This document shows, piece by piece, positions 39,338 to 48,143 of a stretch of 64,000 nucleotides of DNA; the stretch's first letter is position 1; every line of letters starts with the position of its first letter. The notes beneath the pieces were generated by a model. That model worked only from the letters and a program-made list of their open reading frames with translations, ran no database searches and was not told where the DNA came from. Location of the stretch: positions 352,001 through 416,000 of the forward strand of contig CBDAOI010000003.1 in the NCBI GenBank assembly GCA_965198005.1, written 5' to 3'. The DNA comes from Spirochaetia bacterium (lineage in GTDB: Bacteria > Spirochaetota > Spirochaetia > SZUA-6 > Bin103). The translations under genes were made by a program, and so were the position numbers.

Positions 39338-40327
39338 TCAGCCTGCCATGGGCCGGGCGGCACTGGCGATCAGCTCGCCGAGCCGGCGCCGCGCGGCGGG
39401 CGGCAGCGGCAGCACGCCGCCGGCTGCCGCGTGGCTGATCTGCTGCGGGCTGCGCGCGCCGACGATCACGGCGCTCACCGCCGGGTGGGACGCCGCCCAC
39501 GCCAGGGCGTACTGCTCGGCGCGGCCGCCGCGCGCGGCGGCGAACTCGCGCAGCGCGGCCGCCACCCGCAGGTGAGGCGCGAGCCGCGGTTCATTGAACG
39601 CGGGGTCGCGGGTGCGCCAGTCGTCGCCCGGCATGCGCCGCCGGCGCCGGTGGTCGAACCCGTGGGCCAGGATGCCGGAAGCGAGCGGGCTGTAGGCGAG
39701 CACCGCGATCCCGCGCCGGGCGCACCAGGGCAGCAGCCGGGGTTCGGGGGCGCGCTGCAGCAGGTGGTAGCACAGTTGCACCGAGCCGATCGCACGCGCG
39801 TGGTGCAGGTGCGCCAGCTCCGGGCCGGCCAGGTTGCACACGCCGCCGGCCCGCACCGTGCCCTGCTCGATGAGCCGTCCGATCGACTCCCACGCGGCAT
39901 CCAGGTCGCAGTCCGGCCCCGGCCAGTGGATCTGATAGAGGTCGAGGTGGTCGGTGCGCAGCCGCTTGAGGCTGGCGGTCGCCTCGGCGAACACGCTCTG
40001 TCGGGTCAGGCGCGGATAGGGGCGGCGGCTGCCGGGCTGCCAGAGGAATCCGCACTTGGTCGCCAGCAGCACGCGGCTGCGCAGCCCGTGCTCGGCAAGG
40101 GTGCGGCCGACCAGCTCCTCCGCGTGCCCGACGCCGTACACGGGGGCAGTGTCGATCCAGTTGATGCCGAGGTCGACGGCGCGCAGGATCGTGGCGCGCG
40201 AGACCGCGTCGTCCTGGCGGCCCCACGCGTACCGCCAGCCGGCTCCGCCGAGCGCCCAGGTCCCCAGGCCGATGCGGCTCAGCCCCGGCAGCAGCCCCGG
40301 CCCCGGCCCGCCGCCGGCCGGGCCCAT
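39338..40327 (-). CDS. Aldo/keto reductase
   Basis: IGLGTWALGG, GINWIDTAPVYG, SLKRLRTDHLDLYQIHWP, AYSPLASG; TGATG overlap with recD2. Confidence 0.9.
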   Translation of the reverse strand: MGPAGGGPGPGLLPGLSRIGLGTWALGGAGWRYAWGRQDDAVSRATILRAVDLGINWIDTAPVYGVGHAEELVGRTLAEHGLRSRVLLATKCGFLWQPGSRRPYPRLTRQSVFAEATASLKRLRTDHLDLYQIHWPGPDCDLDAAWESIGRLIEQGTVRAGGVCNLAGPELAHLHHARAIGSVQLCYHLLQRAPEPRLLPWCARRGIAVLAYSPLASGILAHGFDHRRRRRMPGDDWRTRDPAFNEPRLAPHLRVAAALREFAAARGGRAEQYALAWAASHPAVSAVIVGARSPQQISHAAAGGVLPLPPAARRRLGELIASAARPMAG

Positions 40328-42645
40328 CAGCGCGGCGTCGCGGTGCCGCCGAGCGCGCCCCACTCCGCCGCCACCCGTTCGGGCAGGGCGGAGTACCGCT
40401 CCCGTTCGGCGCCACGCCGTACGGCCAGCGCAATGGCGCGCACGCTGCCGACCAGCACCACCAGCCGCCGGCCGCGGGTCACCGCCGTGTACAGCAGATT
40501 GCGGCGCAACATCACGTAGTGCTGGGTGTGCACGGGCACCACCACCGCGGGAAACTCGCTGCCCTGCGAACGGTGGATGGAAATGGCGTACGCCAGCATC
40601 AGATCGTCGGCGTCGGCGCCGCGGTAGAGCACCGGCCGCGGGCCGAAGTTCACGCGCACGGTCCCCGCCCCCGGGTCCACCTCCGCCACTTGGCCGATGT
40701 CGCCGTTGTAGACCTCCAACTGATAGTTGTTGCGGGTCTGCAGCACGCGGTCGCCGGGGCGCAGGCCCGGCGTCTCGGCGGCGTCGGGCGGGTCGCCGTG
40801 CGTGCCGGCGGCGCCGGCGGCGCCGGCGTGCGGCGGCACGGTTTGCGGCCGGCCCAGCCGGGCGCGCAGCAGGGCGTTGAGCCGGGTGGTGCCGAGCGGC
40901 CCGCGATTCATCGGCGACAGCACCTGGATCTCGGTGTGCGGATCGAGACCGAACCGCCGGGGGATGCGGGAGGTCACCAGTGTCTCCACGGTGTGCGCCA
41001 CCTGCTCCGGGTCGGAGCGCAGGATCAGGTAGAAGTCGGACGCGCCGGTTGCGCCCGCGGCCGCGCGCGCGTCGAACTCGCCGCGGTTGATGGCGTGCGC
41101 CGCCTGGACGATGCGGCTGGCGGCCGACTGGCGGAACACCTCGGTCAAGCGCACGGTGGGAATCACGGCGATCGCCGCGAGGTCGGCCAGCACCGCGCCC
41201 GGCCCCACCGACGGGAGCTGATCGGCGTCGCCCACGAACAAAACCCGGCAGCCGTCGGGGGTGGCGTCGAGCAACGCCGCCAGCAGCTCCAGCTCCAGCA
41301 TCGACGCTTCGTCCACCACCAGCACGTCCGCCGCCAGCGGGAAGTCCCGGGTACGGCCGAAGGCGCCGTCGCGGGGGCTGAACTCGAGCAGCCGATGGAT
41401 GGTGGCGGCGCGCAGTCCGGTGGCTTCCTCGAGGCGCTTGGCGGCGCGTCCGGTCGGCGCCGCCAGCACCACCTGTGCGCGCGCCCGCGTGAAGCTGTGC
41501 GCGATCCAGCGCACCAGGGTGGTCTTGCCGGTGCCGGGACCGCCGGTGAGGACCGCCACCTTGTGGCGCAGCAGGGCGCCGGTGGCGGTGCGCTGCGCCG
41601 GCGACAGCTCGACGCCCGTCGCGGGGTCGGCGGTGCCGGCGGACGGGCCGGGCCCGCTGGCGCGGGCGCGCACCAGCGCCGCCAGCCGCCGGGACGCGCG
41701 CTGCTCGGCCGCGTGCAGGTGGGGGAGGTACACCGCGTCCGGCGCGCTGCCGTCCGGCGCCCGGTTCGCCGCAGCCGGCGCGCTGCGCCCAACGGCCAGC
41801 CGCCCGTCAGCCAGCAGCGCGGCGATTGCCGCCTCCACCCGCGGCCGGTCGTCCAGCTCCAGCAGCGCGGCGGTGCGCTGCCGCAGTTCTCCGGCCGGCA
41901 GGTACACGTCGCCGGCGGTGGCGGCCTCGGCCAGCGCGTGCCGCACGCCGGCCTCCACGCGTCGCGGCGAGTCGGCCGCGATGCCCAGCTTGGCGGCAAT
42001 CTGGTCGGCGGTCTTGAAGCCCATGCCGGCCACCTGCTCGGCCACCCGATACGGGTCTTCCTCCAGCACGGCGCGCGCGCGGTCGCCGAACCGGCGGTAG
42101 ATGCGCATGGCGCGGGCGGCGGAGATGCCGTGCGACTGCAGGAACAACAGGGTGCCGTGGCGAGCGCGCTGCGCCCGCCAAGCCGCCGCCGCGCGCTCGG
42201 CGCGCACCGCGCCGATGCCAGGCACCTCGCGCAGCCGCCGGCTGGCACGGTCGAGCACGTCGAGCGTCTCCAGACCGAAGTGGGCGACCAGCCGCCGGGC
42301 GAACACCGGCCCGATGCCGGGCACCAGGCCCGATCCGAGATAGTGTTCCAGCCCGGTGACGGTGCGCGGCGTGATGGCCGCGAACGATTCCACCTCGAGG
42401 CGCCGGCCGTACTTCGGGTGATTGGTCCAGGCACCGGTGACGCGCAGGGTCTCGCCCGGACGCGTGCCGAGCAGATTGCCGACCGCGATTACCTCGCTGC
42501 CGGCGCCGTCGCGCAGCGCCACCACCGCGTAGCCGCTCTCCTCGTGCTGGTACACGACGCGCGCCACCGCCCCTTCGACCACGGTCTGCGGCGCTGGCGG
42601 CGCCTCCGGACGTGGGTTCGCGTCCCGCGCGGGAGGCTGGCGCAA
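40327..42645 (-). CDS. recD2: ATP-dependent RecD2-like DNA helicase
   Basis: N-terminal OB/HhH region (YLGSG..PGIG), LTGGPGTGKTT, VDEASM, GDADQLPSVGPG, AYAISIHRSQGSEF. Confidence 0.93.
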   Translation of the reverse strand: MRQPPARDANPRPEAPPAPQTVVEGAVARVVYQHEESGYAVVALRDGAGSEVIAVGNLLGTRPGETLRVTGAWTNHPKYGRRLEVESFAAITPRTVTGLEHYLGSGLVPGIGPVFARRLVAHFGLETLDVLDRASRRLREVPGIGAVRAERAAAAWRAQRARHGTLLFLQSHGISAARAMRIYRRFGDRARAVLEEDPYRVAEQVAGMGFKTADQIAAKLGIAADSPRRVEAGVRHALAEAATAGDVYLPAGELRQRTAALLELDDRPRVEAAIAALLADGRLAVGRSAPAAANRAPDGSAPDAVYLPHLHAAEQRASRRLAALVRARASGPGPSAGTADPATGVELSPAQRTATGALLRHKVAVLTGGPGTGKTTLVRWIAHSFTRARAQVVLAAPTGRAAKRLEEATGLRAATIHRLLEFSPRDGAFGRTRDFPLAADVLVVDEASMLELELLAALLDATPDGCRVLFVGDADQLPSVGPGAVLADLAAIAVIPTVRLTEVFRQSAASRIVQAAHAINRGEFDARAAAGATGASDFYLILRSDPEQVAHTVETLVTSRIPRRFGLDPHTEIQVLSPMNRGPLGTTRLNALLRARLGRPQTVPPHAGAAGAAGTHGDPPDAAETPGLRPGDRVLQTRNNYQLEVYNGDIGQVAEVDPGAGTVRVNFGPRPVLYRGADADDLMLAYAISIHRSQGSEFPAVVVPVHTQHYVMLRRNLLYTAVTRGRRLVVLVGSVRAIALAVRRGAERERYSALPERVAAEWGALGGTATPR

Positions 42646-42658
42646 AACCGCCGGACTC

Positions 42659-43501
42659 CTAGCTCGCGCCGCGGCGCGCGGTGACGCCGAGCAACTCGAT
42701 CATGAAGGCGCTCAGGTCGTGATCGCCGGTGTGGCGGTAGGCGTGATTGAGGTTCTGGAGCACGCGCTGCACCGTGTGCAGGGCGCTGGCGCCGGCGCGC
42801 AGGGTCTGGAACTGGCGCCGATAGGCGCTCGAGTTCAGCAGACGCTCGGCCTCCACCAGCCGCCCACCGTCGAAGCAGTCCACCAGCACCAGGCGGCCGT
42901 TGTGGATGGCGCGCGCCAGGAAGTGGCGCGGCACGTTGCAGCCCTCGATGTCGAAGCCGAGGCGGTGGCCCAGCAGCACGTAGATCAGCGCCAAGCTGAT
43001 CGGTATCCCCTTGCGGGAGAGAATCACCGAGATCAGATTGCTGTTCATGGGGTTGAGGTAATCTTCGCGGTTGCCGCGCAGCCCCTGCTCCTGGAACAGG
43101 AACCGGGCGAGGCTCAGCGGGTCGCGCCGGCGGTGCGCGTCGCGGTATTCGGTGGCGAGGCCGTCGAGGAGATCGCCCAGCGCAAGCGGGAAATCGGCAC
43201 CGAGCTGGAAGCGGGCGATCAGGCCGAGGGCGGTCTCGATCTGGGGCGAACGTCCCTCGGCGGCGGACCAGCTCGGCCAGTGGCGGCGCAGCCAGCTCTT
43301 GCGCTGGAGGGTCAGAACCCGGCGCAACGCGGCGTGCTGATCGTCGGTGAGCTGCGCCAGATAGGGCTCCACCAGCCGTTCCAAGTGTGGCCCGAGGCCC
43401 TCCAGCGCGCGCCGGACGCGGCGCCGCACGCTCGCGACCTCGTCGTCGAGAAGTTGCAGGAGAAATGGTAGCTGCTCTCGGGTATCCGTCACGGACGTCA
43501 A
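42659..43501 (-). CDS. Transglutaminase-like SirB1 family protein
   Basis: GNREDY.NP.NS....V...RKGIPISLALIY, GCNVPRHFL. Confidence 0.8.
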   Translation of the reverse strand: MTSVTDTREQLPFLLQLLDDEVASVRRRVRRALEGLGPHLERLVEPYLAQLTDDQHAALRRVLTLQRKSWLRRHWPSWSAAEGRSPQIETALGLIARFQLGADFPLALGDLLDGLATEYRDAHRRRDPLSLARFLFQEQGLRGNREDYLNPMNSNLISVILSRKGIPISLALIYVLLGHRLGFDIEGCNVPRHFLARAIHNGRLVLVDCFDGGRLVEAERLLNSSAYRRQFQTLRAGASALHTVQRVLQNLNHAYRHTGDHDLSAFMIELLGVTARRGAS

Positions 43502-43732
43502 CCTGCTCCGGCCAGCCTACCCCCAGTCGCGCCGCGAATCAAGCGCCGGATCGGTGCGTCGGAGCTGATTGCACAGTCCGCCTCGGGATGGCCGAAACGG
43601 CCGTTACCGTAGCCGAAACATTGGGTGGTGAGGGTCGGGCTCGGAGCGTCCCACGTCATTCTCCCATAGACCGACGGGTAGGTCGCTCCGCTCGCCCTCG
43701 TGTGACACCTCGCGCGCAGTCGCTCAGGCCAG

Positions 43733-44458
43733 TCACGCCACGTCCCCCCCCGGATTGGATGCCCTGATCCGTTCGACGTTCAGCGGGCTGAGCCGGCTGG
43801 CCGCATGCAGCGCGTCGCCCGGATCGACGACGCCGGCCTCAAGTGACGGCAGCCCCCCGATTGTCGCCCGGACCGTATTGGGGATGCCGTGGGGAGCGGG
43901 CAGCGTGATCGGCCCGAGCGTCGAACCGACCAGTACCAACCTCTTGCGCGTCTGCGGCAACCCGACCATCCGTCCATCGACGATGTCGTAGTCGACGTGA
44001 TATCCCCCGAGGCCGTCGACGAACTCACGAAACACCTGTTGATCACGCAGCGGAGGAACGTTCTCCATCGTGACGAGATCCGGCTTGAGATCGCTGATCA
44101 GTTCGCCGAACCTGCGCAGCAATACCTAATCATGCGAGCCATGACGCCGCAGGCCTCCGCGTCGCCCCCGCTTGGCACTGCGGGAATAGGTCGAAAACGG
44201 CTGACATGGCGCGCAACCTGCGAGAAGCGAAACGCCCTTGGCCGCGAACGCCGGTGCGAGATCCTCCGCTCGAAGCCGCATCACGTCGGCGTTGACGAAT
44301 GTGGCCGCGTTGTTGGCCTCGAACGCGTACTGACATGCTGGATCGAGATCGACCCCCATGGCCACGTCTATACCAGCCCGCCCGAGGCCCTGTGTGAGGC
44401 CTCCGACCCCGCAGAACAGATCGATCGCCGTGATCCGTCTTGGCGATCGCTTGCCCAT
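43733..44458 (-). pseudogene. C5 DNA cytosine methyltransferase with in-frame TAG and C-terminal truncation
   Basis: DLFCGVGG, GCAPCQPFS, MENVP, PQTRKR; stop at 44126-44128; ends before motifs IX-X. Confidence 0.88.
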
Positions 44459-45339
44459 CAAGCCGCATTCTCCTGGAGAAACGCGGCATCGGAGGTGGTC
44501 ACCTTCAGGAACTCGTGATCGCCTGCCCAATCGACCGTCCGGATGGGCTCATTCAACAGGTCGGAACGCTGCCTGAGCGCAAGGCCGGAGCCGACGGCGA
44601 TCGCTTCATAGCGAGCGCGCGGGACCTGTCTTGCAGTGACGGTCTTTCGAAAACCGTGTGGAAACGCCATGCCGACGAACTCCACCATACGGCCGAACTC
44701 GTCCCTGAGTCTTTCGATGATCTCTAGCGTTGATCAGCCTCTGGGAGATCGGAGTGAGTTTGACGAATGCGTCGTATCGCGCGCACTCGATCACGAGGTC
44801 GGTGAAGTCTCCGGGCAGCGATCCCCTGCGAACTTCCGCATCGTTCGCCGATCGCCCCCCGGTGTTGATACGAGCGAACATCTCGGTACGAGTGGCGGTG
44901 GTGGTCGCGTTCTCCAATACGATCCCGCGCAAGGTCCGTGCATTGAATTTCCGCTGTCGGGCTTCGGACAAGTCTCGATAGTGGAAGTCGTTCGTCTCCG
45001 GGAGCAGTTCGAGCTTCGTCAACTTCAGGTCATTGTCCATGAACCGGCGCAGCGTCCGCATCCGCTGGGATCCATCGACGATCTCCAGACGAAGGGAATC
45101 GGAAGCCCGATCAGGACCGACTCTATAAAGCGTGATTGCACCGCATCGTCCCAGATCATCTCACGCTGGTATTCGGGTACGTAGTATTCCTTTGAACGGA
45201 CCTTTTCCGCGACGAACTCGACGGTGTAGTCGGTAACGATGAAACGAACGCTGAGCTCGAGGTTTCGAATCGCCTCTTCCGCGGCATGCTTCATTTGTGC
45301 CGAAAGCTGTTGTCGAATGCGCGCGGCCATCGATCTCAC
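44458..45339 (-). pseudogene. DUF262 (ParB/Srx-like, GmrS-type) protein in three frameshifted pieces
   Basis: PEYQRE..W, IESVLIGLPIP, IVDGSQR, FARINTGG; TGATG overlap with the methyltransferase. Confidence 0.85.
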
Positions 45340-45719
45340 CTCGCCCTTGGTGGTTGAGCACTATACACCATGGTCCGGTGAAGCTGTAAAGGGGGGCGGC
45401 GGCCCTGAGACCGGCCCTGGGCATGGAAGCCGACGACGAGCCGCCGGCGGGCATGCTGACCCGGTGGGGCGGCGGCGCTCACCGTGGGCGGGTGAGCCTC
45501 GTCGAGTACGGCGGCTCCGAGATCGAGGTTGCCGAGGTCGCAAACATCACCGCTCGGACGCTTGACCACTGGCTCCGTGGGCGAGAGCGCGAATTCGAGA
45601 CCGGCCTCGACCTGTCGTCACAGAATCGAGCGGCCGGCTGAGCGCCGCTACGGCAGAGGCAGTTCGCCGCCGCACCGGCATCGGGTCTCTACTTCTTCCC
45701 GGTGGACCTGGACCGGGCG

Positions 45720-45990
45720 CGCCCCGCATCGGTGACGCGTCTGGAGGTGGGGCTCCGCCATGACGGCGGCGACGCCGAGACCGGGTTCGGGCTCGACCTC
45801 GGCGGCGGGCTCGCGGCCGAGTTGCGCGCGCGCGGGCTCCTGACCCCGGAGGCCGGCGGCTTCCGCGACCGCGGCATCGCGGGCTCGCTGATCTGGGACC
45901 CACCCCCGCGGAGCGACCGGGGGGTGAAGCTCACGCTCCGGCAGACCTTCGGAGCCTCGGCGACGGGCGGCGTGGACGCGCTACTGTCGC
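45720..45990 (+). pseudogene. Scrap of an autotransporter-like C-terminal beta-domain of a large surface protein
   Basis: EVGLRHDGGDAETGFGLDLGGGL..RGLL..FRDRGIAGSL.WDP..GASATGGVDALL. Confidence 0.55.
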
Positions 45991-46286
45991 TCGGACACGG
46001 AGCGCCGCTACAGCCTCGGCTGGCGGCTTGCCCTGGCGCAGCGCGGCCCGGCGACGCTGGCGCTCAACCTCAAGAACCGCTATTGCCCGAAGTGCAAAAA
46101 CCCAGTACACTTCACACGTCCCACCCGTTGTGCCCGCCGGTATCGCTGGCGGCTAATCGCAATGTCGCAAGATACGTTGTGCGGATTGGAAACATGGCTG
46201 GATTCTGGGATCAACCAGGGAGCCGGGCCATGCTGTGAACCGCTACGGCAAGAGCTTTGCTCCCCTGCACAGTGAAGGGGAGACGA

Positions 46287-46724
46287 ATGAGACGAATCTA
46301 TCCAGCAGCGTTGTTCGGGTTGGCACTGCTTGCCAGCGGTTGCGCGGGGGCCAAAGTGATTCCGGAGACGGTGCTCAGCGCTATCTCCGCGATAAGTGAC
46401 CCCACAGTGATCGGGGATCGCATCGACATACAAGAAGTGAGCGACCGGGGAGACTACGTCTACATCATGATCTTCATCGGTTCACCTCTGGGCGAATTCA
46501 CGACCTTGGATGACGGGCTCACCCGAGCGCAAACGGCGACCCTTGCGCTCGCCCATGCGTCAGTCGAGATGATCAACCAGCACGATATCAACAAGGACGT
46601 CCGCGTCTGGGCTCAGCTGCCCCTCCGCGACGGCGGCGTTACGGTTCTGGGTCATGCCGCATACGAGGCCCGGAGCAAGTCATTTCAGGAGTTCGAGCGA
46701 TTTACGTCGTCCGCCGGTTCATAG
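46287..46724 (+). CDS. Hypothetical lipoprotein
   Basis: MRRIYPAALFGLALLASG-C lipobox; GGGGAG RBS. Confidence 0.65.
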   Translation: MRRIYPAALFGLALLASGCAGAKVIPETVLSAISAISDPTVIGDRIDIQEVSDRGDYVYIMIFIGSPLGEFTTLDDGLTRAQTATLALAHASVEMINQHDINKDVRVWAQLPLRDGGVTVLGHAAYEARSKSFQEFERFTSSAGS

Positions 46725-47007
46725 CATAGGGCCCAAACCGCCATGCGCGCGATCCACAATGGGCACCCGACTTTGCGCCGCCGACGAACACCATCTTCTT
46801 AGGATCTGCCTACGCCGAGCGGTACGCCGGTGAGGTCATGCCGTGCCGCCGGCACCGGAGCCGAATTCCGCTCCGGCTGGCGGCGTCCGCGGTGTTGGAG
46901 AACACTCGGTGGAAGCACCTGTCGCGCGGTCGGCCGCAAACGTGCGCCGGCGTGGCGCGCGGGGTTGCGTCACGGCGATGCCGGTTCTATCCTGCGGCGA
47001 GAAACGA

Positions 47008-47262
47008 ATGTCCAATCACAGCGGTAGTCACATGTTGAACAGCTTGCTCGTCATGCTCGAGCGGGAGTCGTACTTCTCCGAGATTGGGCCGGACAAGACC
47101 ACCGATTTCGTCGATCACGTCATCCGTCTTGCCAGAGAACACGACGGCAACCCCGGCGAGGTCCTTGACGGTATCGGTCAACGGCTCGGTATCTGTTACC
47201 GATGCTTCCGGCGCAGCGATGATCTCGACGCCGGACTGTGTGTCTCATGCCGACACCGGTGA
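47008..47262 (+). CDS. Small hypothetical protein with C-terminal CxxC-x11-CxxC
   Basis: CYRC..CVSC; TTGCGT-17-TATCCT promoter upstream. Confidence 0.5.
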   Translation: MSNHSGSHMLNSLLVMLERESYFSEIGPDKTTDFVDHVIRLAREHDGNPGEVLDGIGQRLGICYRCFRRSDDLDAGLCVSCRHR

Positions 47263-47289
47263 CCGGCGGGTCAAGGACGATTTCGGAGC

Positions 47290-47682
47290 ATGTCCGATCA
47301 TTTCAACAGCTTCTTGATGAACGACGTTCTGATCCGACGTCGCGGTGAGATCCACGTCGATGCGGCATGGAGCGTGGACTACCTGCCGGGCAGAGTCGGC
47401 GGAGCCGTGTATCTCCATCGCGATGCGCTTGAGAGGCATGACGCCGATCTCCTCGGCACCGTCTGTTCGTTCGGTTCGGCGGCAGGCGCCCGGTTCAGGT
47501 GGAACGTCTGCAAGCTGTCGCCGCACCGGCATCGGGTCTCTCTTCTTCACTACCCGAGGTTCCGAGACGACGCGCATCCGGTGCTCGCTGCAGCCGCAAG
47601 CTTCGACCTCAACGACGGCACCGCCCGTGATAACGCTGTTCGTACTGCTCGGCTGCCTCTGCCCCCGCGCCTTTATAAGTGA
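47290..47682 (+). pseudogene. Fragment resembling DNA phosphorothioation-associated putative methyltransferase
   Basis: GAVYLHRDAL..WNVCKL..RVSLLHYPRF..DAHPVL..FDL, from recall of the family's repeated N-terminal domain. Confidence 0.5.
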
Positions 47683-47732
47683 GCAGCGGCATTCGGAGAT
47701 CTCGTAGCGGTCGATCCGTACTGTTACCGTGC

Positions 47733-48143
47733 TCATCCGACGAAATCCTCGAGGTCTTTTTCGATTTCCGCTTCGGTGAAGCCGAGCTTGCGGTCGAGGC
47801 GGATGGTCTTGGCGACCGCGCGGTCGCGCGCCGGGGAGCGTTGGTACTCGGGGGGCAGGAGGCCCTTGGCCAGGGCTTTCTCGACCAGCGCCGCGGCCTT
47901 GGCGTCGGTCATCAGGTAGCGATCGGCGTAGCGCCGCCACGCGCCGGCACACCAGCGCAGCGCCACGAAGGTGAAGGCGCTCGCCACCACCGCGATCACG
48001 ACGTCGCGTACCCGTTCGAACGGGCTGTTGGCGTTCCAGCCGACGCCGACGCTGATGCCGAGCGAGGCCAGCACCGCGGCCGCCAGCGTCCAGGTGGCGA
48101 TCCGCCAGCGCCGCCGGTAGCGCCGCAGGGACGGGCTCTCCAT
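47733..48143 (-). CDS. Small 2-TM hypothetical protein coupled to the TRAP permease
   Basis: MESPSLRR.. start overlaps the permease stop (TGATG); two hydrophobic helices. Confidence 0.65.
   Translation of the reverse strand: MESPSLRRYRRRWRIATWTLAAAVLASLGISVGVGWNANSPFERVRDVVIAVVASAFTFVALRWCAGAWRRYADRYLMTDAKAAALVEKALAKGLLPPEYQRSPARDRAVAKTIRLDRKLGFTEAEIEKDLEDFVG

Noticed and set aside
43630-43700. Imperfect hairpin GAGGGTCGGGCTCGGAGCG..CGCTCCGCTCGCCCTC
   Set aside because: Single GC-rich copy with no recognisable RNA family or poly-U tail; may be chance
44126-44128. Pyrrolysine or stop read-through at the in-frame TAG in the methyltransferase
   Set aside because: The gene is also truncated and its partner is broken; a TGG-to-TAG nonsense mutation is simpler
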